DNA from: an uncultured Candidatus Saccharibacteria bacterium
GTDB taxonomy: Bacteria > Patescibacteriota > Doudnabacteria > UBA920
NCBI GenBank assembly: GCA_964436545.1
Contig: CAYTCJ010000005.1
Coordinates: forward strand, 12,713 to 76,712
DNA: 64,000 bases
Direction of reading: 5' to 3'
Shown: positions 8,476 through 18,363 of the stretch, in pieces
How positions within the stretch are numbered: position 1 is the stretch's first letter
Layout of the letters: each line of letters begins with the position of its first letter
The notes under the pieces: generated by a model
The model's database searches: none
Seen by the model: the letters and a program-made list of their open reading frames with translations, nothing else
What the model was told of the DNA's origin: nothing
Position numbers and translations under genes: made by a program

Positions 8476-9616
8476 TGGTTAGTTGAGAATAAATTTTTTG
8501 GGTTTCAGTTAGCATTTGGGTTTGGGAAAAATTCTGGGCTCTTTGCTCAGCTAAGTTAGCCAATTTTAGTTGCTCATTGGGGTTATTTATTAAATACTTT
8601 AGGGCCTCTGCTAAGGCTGGGGGTTGGTTAGCTTCTACTAGGATTCCCGCATTGTCCACAGCTTCAGGTATGCCCCCAACTTTAGTGGTAATTATAGGCA
8701 AGCCGGCTTGCATGGCTTCCAAGAGAGTATAGGGGAAACCCTCTTTTCTGGAAGGTAGAATAAAGATATCAAAAGCTTTTAGATAAACAGAAGCGTTATC
8801 AATGCTTCCCGGAGTGAGGACGATGCCTTCCAGTTTTAAATTTTTAATTTTTAATTTTAAATTTTTAAACTCTGGTCCATTGCCAATGAGGACGATTTGC
8901 ATTTTAGATTTTATTTCATTTGGCATTAAAGCCATGGCCTGCATTAGCGTATCTAAACCTTTGGTTTTGTAAAAACCAGCTATGGTGCCAATAATAAGTT
9001 TATTGGCGGGTAATTTTAAAAAACTTTGTGCCTCAGACTTTGGCAGAAAATTAATTGGTTCAATGCCATTGTAAATGGTGGAAATTTGATGTGGGGAAAT
9101 TAGTCGGTACTTTTGGGCAGAATGTTTATCGGCATTGGATACGCAAATTATGTAATCACGAAAGTGACTGGCCAGTTTTTCCGCAATTATGTAAAATATT
9201 TTTTTAATTAAACTCATCGGTTCGTTAAAAACAAATCCGTGTGCAGTAAAAATTGTTTTAGTTTTAAGCCCAATGCTGGCAAAACTGCCGAGAATGCCGG
9301 CTTTAGAAGAGTTTAGGTGAAGAATGTCGGGATTATAATTTTTAATTAGTTGGCGGATTTCCCCAATGGCCAAAATATCATGCCAAGGATTTAGGTTTCG
9401 TTTAAGATGCTTGATTGGGAAGGTGGTGATTTCTATTTTTTTTGCATCATCAAAAAGTGTTTGGGTGTCTATGCTCTTCGAGTCTGAGCCTGAGGGTTCG
9501 TTCCTCAGAGTCGCATGACCGGAAGCAATTGCACCTTTAAAATGTTTGGCTAAAGCGAGCGTGTATTTTTGCGCTCCACCTCTGTCCGCTTGAGTAATTA
9601 AATATAAAATTTTCAT
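8462..9616 (-). CDS. GT4 family (GT-B fold) glycosyltransferase
   Basis: It has the EGFPYTLLEAMQAGLPIITTKVGGIPE motif (the EX7E region of GT4) and an N-terminal MKILYLITQADRGGAQ. Confidence 0.7.
   Translation of the reverse strand: MKILYLITQADRGGAQKYTLALAKHFKGAIASGHATLRNEPSGSDSKSIDTQTLFDDAKKIEITTFPIKHLKRNLNPWHDILAIGEIRQLIKNYNPDILHLNSSKAGILGSFASIGLKTKTIFTAHGFVFNEPMSLIKKIFYIIAEKLASHFRDYIICVSNADKHSAQKYRLISPHQISTIYNGIEPINFLPKSEAQSFLKLPANKLIIGTIAGFYKTKGLDTLMQAMALMPNEIKSKMQIVLIGNGPEFKNLKLKIKNLKLEGIVLTPGSIDNASVYLKAFDIFILPSRKEGFPYTLLEAMQAGLPIITTKVGGIPEAVDNAGILVEANQPPALAEALKYLINNPNEQLKLANLAEQRAQNFSQTQMLTETQKIYSQLTTTAP
8834..8869. repeat. Imperfect tandem heptanucleotide repeat (ttttaaa/tttttaa, five units) inside the GT4 CDS
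   Basis: ttttaaatttttaatttttaattttaaatttttaaa, which encodes KNLKLKIKNLKLE on the minus strand. Confidence 0.5.
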
Positions 9617-9692
9617 TTTTTAGGCTTTACTAAGCCGGTTAATTTATGGTATTTTATATAGTATAAAGTATTAAGCGTAAAGTATAAAGAGC

Positions 9693-10703
9693 ATGAAAAA
9701 AGCTTTAATTACTGGGATTACCGGACAAGATGGCAGTTTTCTCGCGGAATTATTACTTCATAAAGGTTACGAAGTCCATGGTGTAATTCGCCGAAGTAGC
9801 GTATTTAATACTGAACGGATAGAGAGTATTTATCAAGACCCGCATGAGCTACACAGGCGGTTGTTTTTGCATTATGGGGATTTGTCGGATGCTTCTAATT
9901 TAAATCAAATTCTGAAAACGGTTAAGCCTAATGAGATATATAATTTGGGCGCACAAAGCCACGTGCGAGTAAGTTTTGAAATTCCTGAATACACTGCCAA
10001 TGTAGACGCTTTGGGGACTTTAAGACTGCTAGATGCCGTAAGAGAAAATGGACTTACCACTAAAATTTATCAGGCAGGGAGCAGTGAAATGTTTGGTAAA
10101 GTTTTAGAAACCCCGCAAAGCGAAACCACGCCGTTTAATCCGGCTTCGCCGTATGGGGCAGCCAAAGTTTTTTCTCATCATTTATGTAAAGTTTACCGCG
10201 AAGGTTACAATATGTTTATTTGCAATGGGATCTTGTTTAACCACGAATCGCCAAGGCGGGGGAAAACTTTTGTCACGCGAAAAATTACCACCGGCATTGC
10301 GAGTATTTTAGCCGAAAAAACTGATAAGATTTATTTAGGTAATTTGGAAGCCAAGCGCGATTGGGGTTATGCTCCGGAATATGTGGAAGCTATGTGGTTA
10401 ATGCTTCAGCAAGACAAGCCTGATGATTTTGTAATTGCCACGGGCGAAACGCATACCATTAAAGAATTTTTAGAGACAGCGTTTGCGTTAGTTGGCATTA
10501 AAGATTGGGAAAAGTATATTGGGATTGACCCCAAGTACTACAGGCCGGTGGAAGTGGATATTTTGCAAGGCGATTACACCAAAGCCAAACAAATTTTAAA
10601 CTGGCAACCCAAAACCACTTTTAAGGAACTAGTAAAAATTATGCTGGAAGCCGACTTAAAAGAAGCCGGAGTTGGTGCGCATATGTTAAATTCTAAAAAT
10701 TAA
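9693..10703 (+). CDS. gmd: GDP-mannose 4,6-dehydratase
   Basis: N-terminal [30 protein letters not shown], plus [18 protein letters not shown] and [11 protein letters not shown], canonical Gmd signatures in an extended SDR. Confidence 0.85.
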   Translation: MKKALITGITGQDGSFLAELLLHKGYEVHGVIRRSSVFNTERIESIYQDPHELHRRLFLHYGDLSDASNLNQILKTVKPNEIYNLGAQSHVRVSFEIPEYTANVDALGTLRLLDAVRENGLTTKIYQAGSSEMFGKVLETPQSETTPFNPASPYGAAKVFSHHLCKVYREGYNMFICNGILFNHESPRRGKTFVTRKITTGIASILAEKTDKIYLGNLEAKRDWGYAPEYVEAMWLMLQQDKPDDFVIATGETHTIKEFLETAFALVGIKDWEKYIGIDPKYYRPVEVDILQGDYTKAKQILNWQPKTTFKELVKIMLEADLKEAGVGAHMLNSKN

Positions 10704-10770
10704 ACCCTAAATAAGAATTGAATTATAAAAATAAACCATTTGTTTATAAAGTTTAGGGTTTATTTTTGTT
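10702..10770 (+). terminator. Putative terminator: aaaccctaaa...tttagggttt stem with a large loop, then T-run
   Basis: Inverted repeat at 10702-10711 / 10752-10761, followed by tatttttgttt. Confidence 0.3.
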
Positions 10771-10808
10771 TAGTTGTATAGAGTTTAGTCTTTAGAATTT
10801 ATATTACT

Positions 10809-11582
10809 ATGAAACTAATCTCATTAAATACCTGGGGCGCTACACAGGGGCAAATTTTTTTTGATTATGTAAAAGAACAGGCCAAAACTACGGATATTTT
10901 TTGTTTTCAAGAAATTTTTTCTGCTCAGGAGCCGTCACCGAAACTTTCATCTGGCGCTCGTTGTTTTTTATTTCAGGAGCTGGTAACGCTTTTACCCGGT
11001 TTTAAAGGTTATTTTGCCCCCCGTAGTCAAGGTTGTGACTTTACCGGTAAAGTTGATTTTGCTTTAGAGTATGGGCTCGCAGTCTTTGTTAAAGACCACT
11101 TGGAGCAACCCGAGCATTTTATAACTAATTTGCTGGAAGATGATCAAGAACCTACCATAGAAAGAAAAGTTATCGCTCAAATAATTAAGTTTAAAATCCA
11201 CAATAATTCTTTGAGTGTTATTAATTATCACGGGCCGGCTCAGCCGGGCCATAAATTGGATACACCATTAAGACTGGCTTGCTCTAAGTTTTTAAAAGGG
11301 GTATGGGAAAAAGCCAATTCCAATCATAAAATTCTTTGTGGAGATTTTAACTTAATGCCAGCTACTGAAAGTATAAAAATCTTGGAAGGTTGTGGAAAAA
11401 ATTTAATTTCCGTTTTTAATATCCAAAATACTCGGAATGAAATCTCTTGGGCCAAATACCAGAATCGGCAAAGTTTTGCGGATTTTACTTTTGTATCTTC
11501 CTTAGTTAAGGTAAAGGATTTTACCGTGCCATATAATTTAGTTTCCGACCATTTACCCATGGAGTTGGAGTTTGCAATATGA
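10809..11582 (+). CDS. Endonuclease/exonuclease/phosphatase (EEP) family protein
   Basis: ISLNTWG...IFCFQEI...CGDFNLMP...VSDHLPMELEF, the typical EEP catalytic motifs. Confidence 0.5.
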   Translation: MKLISLNTWGATQGQIFFDYVKEQAKTTDIFCFQEIFSAQEPSPKLSSGARCFLFQELVTLLPGFKGYFAPRSQGCDFTGKVDFALEYGLAVFVKDHLEQPEHFITNLLEDDQEPTIERKVIAQIIKFKIHNNSLSVINYHGPAQPGHKLDTPLRLACSKFLKGVWEKANSNHKILCGDFNLMPATESIKILEGCGKNLISVFNIQNTRNEISWAKYQNRQSFADFTFVSSLVKVKDFTVPYNLVSDHLPMELEFAI

Positions 11583-12652
11583 TTAACGTACTTTTTTGTG
11601 GCCTGAAAAATGAATATGGTAAATTAGAGGCGGGGTTGTCTTTTGAGTACCAAAATTTTTACTCAGTGCTTAAAAATATGGCCGGAGTAAATTGTGAGTT
11701 ATTTGCCATAGATGAGGTTATGCGAGAAAAGGGGAGAGAAGCCATGAATCATGCTTTAATCCGGCAAGTTGAGGACAAGCAGTATGATTTATTGTTTTGT
11801 TTTTTGTTTACCGAGGAGCTGAAAAAAAGCACGATTCGGTTTATTACCGAAAAAACCAAAACTTTAACTTTTAATTGGTTTGCCGATGATCATTGGCGGT
11901 TTCCCATTTATTCTAAGTATTGGGCGCCGTTTTTTACCAAAGTTTCCACCACCGATTCTTTAGCTGTGGCTAAATATAAAGCCATGGGTGTGGAGGTAAT
12001 TAAAACTCAGTGGGGAGCCAATACCCATTTATATAAACCCTTCAGTAATCAGCAGTCAGTAAATCAGCCAGCAGGCGATAATTACCACATTACTTTTGTG
12101 GGAAAAAATTATGGCAATCGTTCACAATATATTAACAGTTTAAAATTAGCGAATTTGCCAGCCGAAGGTTACGGGGGAGGGTGGCCTTCGGGCAGGGTGA
12201 ATTTTGAACAAATGCTGGAGATTTTTTCCCATTCCAAAATCAATTTAAATTTTACCGAAAGCTCGTTAGAATGGAAAAAAGAATTGGTAAAGTTGTTGGT
12301 TAAGAAAGAACTGGGTCGCTATAAATTCAGCGGGCATAATATTATTCAAAATTTACAAGCTTTAACCGGAAAATTAAGAAGGCAAATTAAGGGGCGAACT
12401 TTTGAGGTGCCCGCTTGTGGCGGGTTTTTATTAACCGGTCATGCGGACAATTTGTCAGAGTATTATGTAGCGGGTAAGGAAATTGTCAGTTTTACCAATA
12501 CCAGTGATTTAATTGAGAAGTGCCAATATTATTTAGCCCATGAAGCAGAACGTCAGAAAATTGCTCAAGCCGGTTATGAGCGGACTGTAAAAGAGCATAG
12601 TTATGAACACAGATTCAAACAAATTTTTTCGGCTTTGGGACTAAAAATCTAA
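11579..12652 (+). CDS. CgeB-like (Glyco_trans_1_2 / DUF3880-type) glycosyltransferase-like protein
   Basis: The C-terminal RTFEVPACGGFLLTGHADNLSEYY...ERQKIAQAGYERTVKEHSYEHRFKQI resembles the spore-maturation CgeB C-terminal domain. Confidence 0.45.
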   Translation: MINVLFCGLKNEYGKLEAGLSFEYQNFYSVLKNMAGVNCELFAIDEVMREKGREAMNHALIRQVEDKQYDLLFCFLFTEELKKSTIRFITEKTKTLTFNWFADDHWRFPIYSKYWAPFFTKVSTTDSLAVAKYKAMGVEVIKTQWGANTHLYKPFSNQQSVNQPAGDNYHITFVGKNYGNRSQYINSLKLANLPAEGYGGGWPSGRVNFEQMLEIFSHSKINLNFTESSLEWKKELVKLLVKKELGRYKFSGHNIIQNLQALTGKLRRQIKGRTFEVPACGGFLLTGHADNLSEYYVAGKEIVSFTNTSDLIEKCQYYLAHEAERQKIAQAGYERTVKEHSYEHRFKQIFSALGLKI

Positions 12653-12718
12653 TTTGGAATTTTGCGTCGATAATGTTATAATCAAGTGATAAAAATTATT
12701 TAACCATTAAAATTTTCT

Positions 12719-13690
12719 ATGAAAAAAGCCATTATAAGTGGAATTACCGGACAGGACGGGTCGTATTTGGCGGAACTACTTCTCTCTAAGGGGTACGAAG
12801 TGCATGGGATTATGCGCCGACTATCTTCGTTTGCCTCTACTCGGATTGACCATTTAATTAATCATAATTCTAATTTGCATACTTACCACGGAGATTTAAC
12901 CGATAACGCCTCCATTGCCGGTTTGATTGCCGATGTCAAGCCCGATGAATTTTATAATTTGGGCGCCATGTCGCATGTTAAAGTGTCTTTTGAGATTCCT
13001 CAATATACTTTGGAAACCAATGCAGTGGGAGTTTTAAATGTTTTGGAAGCGATTAGAAAGTTTTCGCCACACACTAAATTTTATCAAGCTTCCAGCTCGG
13101 AAATGTTTGGCGTGCCGGGCGTGCCGGCGCCTTTTAATGAAACCACACCCATGATGCCTCAAAGTCCCTATGGGGTGGCAAAATTAGCCGCCTATCATTT
13201 AACAAGGCAATACCGAGATGGGTATGGTCTTTTTGCGACTACCGGGATTTTGTTTAATCACGAAAGTCCCAGACGGGGAGGCACTTTTGTAACTAAAAAA
13301 GTTTCAAAAGCAGTGGCCAGAATTAAACAAGGATTACAAAAAGAATTGGTGTTGGGTAATTTAGATGCCAAACGCGATTGGGGTTGGTCTCCGGAATTTG
13401 TGGAGGCGATTTATTTAATTATGCAACATTCTAAGCCCGATGTCTTTGTTGTCGCCACCGGAGAAACGCACACGATTAAAGAGTTTGTGGAAGAAGCGTT
13501 TAAGTATGTAGGCCTTAATTGGCAAGATTATATTAAGATCGATGAAAAATATAAAAGGCCCAACGAAGTGCCTTTGCTACTCGGCGATGCTACTAAAACC
13601 AAGCAAGTTTTAGGTTGGGAACCCAAAATGAAATTTAATGAGATTGTCCACGCCATGGTGGATTATGATTTACAACACTTAAATGATTAG
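12719..13690 (+). CDS. gmd: GDP-mannose 4,6-dehydratase, second paralogue
   Basis: [59 protein letters not shown]. Confidence 0.8.
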   Translation: MKKAIISGITGQDGSYLAELLLSKGYEVHGIMRRLSSFASTRIDHLINHNSNLHTYHGDLTDNASIAGLIADVKPDEFYNLGAMSHVKVSFEIPQYTLETNAVGVLNVLEAIRKFSPHTKFYQASSSEMFGVPGVPAPFNETTPMMPQSPYGVAKLAAYHLTRQYRDGYGLFATTGILFNHESPRRGGTFVTKKVSKAVARIKQGLQKELVLGNLDAKRDWGWSPEFVEAIYLIMQHSKPDVFVVATGETHTIKEFVEEAFKYVGLNWQDYIKIDEKYKRPNEVPLLLGDATKTKQVLGWEPKMKFNEIVHAMVDYDLQHLND

Positions 13691-14072
13691 TCAAGTTAAA
13701 TTTGGTAAACAGGTTTTGGCGCGGGTGTATGATTTTGCCGATTTGTCGTTTGGAACTTTTCCTGTTACGTCTCCTCAGGAGTCTTTGCAGGTGTTACTCA
13801 TGAAAAGGCAAAAAGGGCATGTAGTAACTAAACACATGCACAAAAAAATTAAGAAGTTTACTGAGCAACCCGCAGAGGCTTTAGTGGTAATTAAAGGTTT
13901 ATTAACCGCTAAACTTTTTAATCGACAAGGAAAATTTGTAAAACAGGTTAAAGTTAAGCCCGGGCAATGTTTGTTAATTATCGACGGAGCCCATGAGGTG
14001 ACTATTTCCCAAACAGCATGCGTGTTTGCCTTTAAGGATGGCCCTTTTGTGGAAGATAAAATTATTTTTTAA
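13683..14072 (+). CDS. Hypothetical small protein, possibly cupin-like
   Basis: A 129-aa ORF running from the gmd stop to the methyltransferase start. It has no clear motif, although the H-x-H (KHMHKK) is cupin-like. Coding is supported only by its length and context. Confidence 0.3.
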   Translation: MISQVKFGKQVLARVYDFADLSFGTFPVTSPQESLQVLLMKRQKGHVVTKHMHKKIKKFTEQPAEALVVIKGLLTAKLFNRQGKFVKQVKVKPGQCLLIIDGAHEVTISQTACVFAFKDGPFVEDKIIF

Positions 14073-14079
14073 TAATTCT

Positions 14080-15291
14080 ATGGTAGTGAATGCTTGTCAT
14101 TTATGCGGTTCGTCACAGCTAAAGGAAGTCCTAGATTTAGGCTTTCATCCTTTGGCGGATTTTTTTATGAAGCCTGAGCAATTGGTGGCCATGGAACGCC
14201 GTTATCCTTTGTCGGTTTTATTATGCGAGGTATGCGGACATGGGATGAATAGTTTTATTGTGCCGGCTAAAGAGCGGTATCAGGAAAACGATTATTCTTA
14301 CGATTCGGGGAATTCCAAAGTTTCCATCCAGCATTTTAATGACATGGCAAAAGAGGTATGGGCCAGAGCGGGTTTAAAACCAGGGGGTTTAGTGGTTGAT
14401 ATTGGCAGTAATATTGGTACGTTGTTAAGTGCTTTTAAAAATTTGGGAGCTGAGGTGCAAGGAGTTGATCCGGCGCATAATATTGCGGTGTTAGCTGAGC
14501 AAAAAGGGATTCCGACGATTAATGATTTTTTTAATAAAGTCTCAGTTGATAAAATTTTAAAAAAAGGACAGGCAAAAGTTATTACAATAACTAACGCTTT
14601 TAACCATATTTCGCCTTTACACGAATTTATGAGCAATGTCGTGGCGCTCTTAGATAAAGAGGGTACTTTTGTGATTGAATTGCCGTATTTCTTGGAGATT
14701 ATTCGTAAAAAGCATTTTGATGTAATTTATTTGGAGCATGTGTCTTATGTTGCCATTAAACCCTTAGTCTCATTCTTTAAAAAGTACGGGCTACAGATTA
14801 CTCATGTTGAAGAAAATAATTACATGAGCGGATCCATAAGAATTTTTGTGGGCTTTGGTCAGGAAAGCGATTTGGTCAAAAAACAAATTATTTTGGAAGA
14901 AGCATTGGGACTATATGATTTTTCAGTTTGGAAAAAATTTGCCGAGGAGGTAAGAAATTGCAAAATTAATTTGTTGAACGAACTGGTGAAAGCTCGTCAG
15001 GCAAAGGGTAAAATTGTGGCAATTGGCGCCGCAGCTAAAGGGAATACCCTGTTAAATTATTGTGGGATAGATAGGACTTTAATAGATTTTGCCACCGACG
15101 CTTCACCGTTAAAAATTGGTAAATTTACGCCTGGGTCGCATTTGCCCATTTTGGCCGACGAAGCCATAGACGAGAGTGTAACTCACGCCCTCATTCTGGC
15201 TTGGAATATTGCTGAATTGTTAAAAAGTAAAATTTCTCCCAAACATCCCAATTTAAAATTTATTACCCCGCATGTGGTGGAATCCCGTTAG
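14080..15291 (+). CDS. Zn-ribbon plus class I SAM-dependent C-methyltransferase (TylCIII/NovU-like NDP-hexose C- or O-methyltransferase family)
   Basis: N-terminal CHLCGSS...LLCEVCGH (the Methyltransf_13-type putative Zn-binding domain), a Rossmann VVDIGSNIGTL, and a C-terminal C-methyltransferase-type domain. The start was moved to the ATG at 14080 in the same frame as the track ORF, removing the overlap with the upstream gene. Confidence 0.6.
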   Translation: MVVNACHLCGSSQLKEVLDLGFHPLADFFMKPEQLVAMERRYPLSVLLCEVCGHGMNSFIVPAKERYQENDYSYDSGNSKVSIQHFNDMAKEVWARAGLKPGGLVVDIGSNIGTLLSAFKNLGAEVQGVDPAHNIAVLAEQKGIPTINDFFNKVSVDKILKKGQAKVITITNAFNHISPLHEFMSNVVALLDKEGTFVIELPYFLEIIRKKHFDVIYLEHVSYVAIKPLVSFFKKYGLQITHVEENNYMSGSIRIFVGFGQESDLVKKQIILEEALGLYDFSVWKKFAEEVRNCKINLLNELVKARQAKGKIVAIGAAAKGNTLLNYCGIDRTLIDFATDASPLKIGKFTPGSHLPILADEAIDESVTHALILAWNIAELLKSKISPKHPNLKFITPHVVESR

Positions 15292-15397
15292 AAGCCGAGA
15301 TCGTGGATTTATTTATGAAACTTATTAATTTATTAAAATTTTATAATCATTAATTTTAAAGCAATCGTGATTTCGATCGCGATCTGCTTCTAACAGG

Positions 15398-15847
15398 ATG
15401 AAAAGAACCAAGCGTAAAATTAATTTTAAAGATCGCCGTGGGACCATAACGGATATTTTTGTGAATGAACCTTATGAGCATTGTGTGATTATTTTTTCTA
15501 ATAAAGGGGCGGTAAGAGGCAGTCATTATCATAAAAAATCAGTGCAGGCCGATTTTATGCTGTTTGGAAAAATGATGGCTTATTCCAGAAAAGCCGGCAG
15601 TAAAAAAATTATTAAGACTTTACTTACCCCGAACGATGTGACACATTGGGAAAAAGGAGAAGCACACCAGTTTATTGCTTTAGAGAAGTGTGCATTTTTA
15701 AGTTTTGTGAATGGTCCTAGGGGGGGAGATAAGTACGAAACCGACACTTACCGGTTAAAAATTCCGCTTCACGAACAGTTAAAACAAGGTATTACAGATT
15801 GGACTTTGTTGGCAGAGGGAAAATTTCACCAAACCGTAATTAAATAA
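15398..15847 (+). CDS. WxcM/FdtA-like cupin (candidate NDP-4-keto-6-deoxyhexose 3,4-ketoisomerase)
   Basis: GTITDIFVNEPYEHCVIIFSNKGAVRGSHYHKKSVQADFMLFGKM carries the RGxHYHxxxxQ core of the FdtA/QdtA/WxcM C-terminal domain. Confidence 0.45.
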   Translation: MKRTKRKINFKDRRGTITDIFVNEPYEHCVIIFSNKGAVRGSHYHKKSVQADFMLFGKMMAYSRKAGSKKIIKTLLTPNDVTHWEKGEAHQFIALEKCAFLSFVNGPRGGDKYETDTYRLKIPLHEQLKQGITDWTLLAEGKFHQTVIK

Positions 15848-15856
15848 AGTTGTTGT

Positions 15857-16546
15857 ATGAAAATTGCTATAATTGGGGCTAAAGGTTATGTGGGAACCGC
15901 TTTATGCAAAGCTGTTAATGCTTTAAAAACGCATCAAGTTTTGGAAATAACTCGGGATAATTATTTAGCTCACCAAAATGAAGATTACGATATAGTAATA
16001 AATTCAGCTATGCCCTCGGGTAGGTTTTGGGCAAAAAATCACCCCCAAAAAGATTTTGTGGAAACCGTACAAAAAACCGCGGATTTGGTGTATGGTTGGA
16101 AGTATAAAAAATTTATTCAGATTAGCACGGTTTCGGCTCGTTGCCAATTAGATACAGTGTATGGTCGGCACAAGCTGTCTGCGGAAAAACTTTGCGAGTT
16201 TGGAGAAAATTTAATTGTTCGGTTGGGTGCCTTATATAGTAGCAATATGCAAAAAGGGGCCCTGGCCGATATGTTAGCCGGCAAAACTATTTATATGTCA
16301 GGGGAGAGTCGTTATTCTTTTATTGCTATAGAAGTTTGTTGTCAATGGATTGCTACTCATTTGGACAGAACCGGCATAGTAGAGTTAGGCGGAAAGCACG
16401 CTATAACCTTAAAGGCTGTGGCGGATTATTTAGGCAAGCCGGTAAAGTTTGAAGGTCCCGTGAGTCATTTTGATATTGAAACCACCGAAGCAGACTTGCC
16501 AGAAGCCAAAACAGTATTAAATTTTTTAAAAGCTAATTATGTTTAA
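15857..16546 (+). CDS. Short NAD(P)-binding SDR-like sugar reductase or epimerase
   Basis: [17 protein letters not shown] Rossmann and YGRHK (YxxxK). At 229 aa it is shorter than canonical RmlD. Confidence 0.45.
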   Translation: MKIAIIGAKGYVGTALCKAVNALKTHQVLEITRDNYLAHQNEDYDIVINSAMPSGRFWAKNHPQKDFVETVQKTADLVYGWKYKKFIQISTVSARCQLDTVYGRHKLSAEKLCEFGENLIVRLGALYSSNMQKGALADMLAGKTIYMSGESRYSFIAIEVCCQWIATHLDRTGIVELGGKHAITLKAVADYLGKPVKFEGPVSHFDIETTEADLPEAKTVLNFLKANYV

Positions 16547-17483
16547 TTTGAAAACAGCCAAAATTTTATTAACTGGCGGACACGGGTTTTTAGGTGAGAA
16601 GGTTTACCAAGAGTTATTGTCTCATGGGGCTAAAGCAAAAAATATTATTCGTCCCAGATCAAAAGAACTAGATTTACGAGTGGTTGCCAATTGTCAAAAA
16701 GCGGTTAAAGGTAAAGATTTAGTTATTCATTTAGCAGCTAATGTCGGGGGAATTGGGTATAATCAAGCCCATCCGGGCAAATTATTTTACGATAATGCCA
16801 TAATGGGCATTCAGTTAATTGAAGAAGCTCGGAAAGCAAAAGTTAAAAAATTTGTGCAAGTGGGTACGGTTTGCGCCTATCCTAAATTTCCTCCGCATAT
16901 TCCGTTTAAAGAAGCCGATTTATGGGCAGGCTATCCGGAAGAAACCAATGCGCCTTATGGGCTCGCAAAAAAAATGTTATTAGCTCAACTCCAAGCTTAT
17001 AGACAAGAGTATAACTTTAATGGAATTTATTTGTTGCCGGTTAATTTATACGGACCGGGCGATAATTTTAATCCCCAGTCTTCTCATGTTATTCCGGCTT
17101 TAATCAAAAAATTTGTTGATGCGGTAAAATTAGGAAAATCCACAGTAGAGGTATGGGGAACTGGTAAGCCGACTCGAGAATTTTTATACGTTGATGATGC
17201 AGCTCAAGGAATAGTTTTAGCGACTTTAAAATATAATAAACCAGAACCGGTAAATTTGGGTACAAATTTTGAAATCAGCATTAAAGACTTGGTTGGAATG
17301 ATTGCAAAATTAACAGGTTTTCAAGGCAAAATAGTTTGGGATAAAACTAAACCTAACGGCCAGCCTCGAAGAAAATTAGATGTAAGCAGAGCTAAGAAAG
17401 AGTTTGGTTTTGTGGCTCAAGTAGGTTTTCAGCAAGGACTTAAGCAAACCATTGAATGGTATAAGCAAATGAACAAAAGTTAA
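16539..17483 (+). CDS. fcl: GDP-L-fucose synthase (GDP-4-keto-6-deoxy-D-mannose 3,5-epimerase/4-reductase)
   Basis: [83 protein letters not shown], the classic Fcl/WcaG motifs. Confidence 0.8.
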   Translation: MFNLKTAKILLTGGHGFLGEKVYQELLSHGAKAKNIIRPRSKELDLRVVANCQKAVKGKDLVIHLAANVGGIGYNQAHPGKLFYDNAIMGIQLIEEARKAKVKKFVQVGTVCAYPKFPPHIPFKEADLWAGYPEETNAPYGLAKKMLLAQLQAYRQEYNFNGIYLLPVNLYGPGDNFNPQSSHVIPALIKKFVDAVKLGKSTVEVWGTGKPTREFLYVDDAAQGIVLATLKYNKPEPVNLGTNFEISIKDLVGMIAKLTGFQGKIVWDKTKPNGQPRRKLDVSRAKKEFGFVAQVGFQQGLKQTIEWYKQMNKS

Positions 17484-17566
17484 AGTAATGACAAAATTGA
17501 AAAAAATGAACTGGAAAATTAATTTTTGTTCATTTCCGTCGCTTTTGTCATTTATGTCAATTTTTT

Positions 17567-18361
17567 ATGGTGAGTATTATTACCTCTTTATATAGAACAG
17601 ATAAATATTTACAGCAGTTTGAACAACGCTTAAAGGTTTTTGCGCATGCTATGCAATCCCACCACATTGATTTTGAGTTTATTGCGATTGCCAATGATGC
17701 GACGGAAAAAGAACAAGCTTTTGGTAAAAGGCTGGCGAGTGAGCCTTGGTTTAAGTTTGAAAATGTTGGTCGGGAATCCGTTTTCGCCACATTTAACCGT
17801 GCGTTTGCAATGGCCAAAGGGGATATTTTAGGTTGGTGGAACGATGATGATGTAAGGTATCCCGAGGCAATAGTGGAAGCTGTAGAGCATTTTAAGCAGG
17901 GAGCGGATTTAGTGTATTTTCCTTTTATAATTAAAAGGTATGTTTTTGGTTTGCCAATTTGGAGTCAAAAGATCGACAAGCAAATACCGGAATTTAATAA
18001 GGAAACTCAAACACAGTTTAAAACCGGAATGTTATGCGGGCCGTTTTTTTTGTTTACTAAGGCCTTTTATAAAAAGGTGGGTCCGTTTGACGAGCAATTT
18101 AAAATTTCCGGAGATTTGGATTTTTGCATTCGATCAGCTCAGGCTGGGGGCAAGTTTATTAAAGCCAAAAATTTGGGGGGTGAGTTTCGGGTAGATGGTA
18201 CGGGTTTGTCTGCGGGTGCCAATCCCAGACGCACAGCGGAGAATAATGTAATTTATACTCGGCATCATGTATGGAAAAAGCTTGAACTTGCGGAAGATTT
18301 AATTATTATGCATTACCGAGTACATCATTTATTACACCAAGGTAAATATACGAAAATATAA
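17567..18361 (+). CDS. GT-A fold (GT2-like) glycosyltransferase
   Basis: MVSIITSLYRTDKYL...FEFIAIANDATEK...GWWNDDDVRYP, with a DxD-like acidic motif. Confidence 0.5.
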   Translation: MVSIITSLYRTDKYLQQFEQRLKVFAHAMQSHHIDFEFIAIANDATEKEQAFGKRLASEPWFKFENVGRESVFATFNRAFAMAKGDILGWWNDDDVRYPEAIVEAVEHFKQGADLVYFPFIIKRYVFGLPIWSQKIDKQIPEFNKETQTQFKTGMLCGPFFLFTKAFYKKVGPFDEQFKISGDLDFCIRSAQAGGKFIKAKNLGGEFRVDGTGLSAGANPRRTAENNVIYTRHHVWKKLELAEDLIIMHYRVHHLLHQGKYTKI

Positions 18362-18363
18362 TT

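Noticed and set aside
14026-14079. Upstream extension of the methyltransferase ORFs (14026 and 20494 starts in the track)
   Set aside because: The extensions overlap the preceding genes and lack Zn-ribbon homology. In-frame ATGs at 14080 and 20557 give N-termini beginning right at the conserved CxxC motif.
17557-18194. Minor ORFs 17557-17817 (minus), 17640-17831 (plus) and 17940-18194 (plus) overlapping the GT2 gene
   Set aside because: They are alternative-frame or antisense ORFs within a gene that has a clear GT-A motif, with no independent support.
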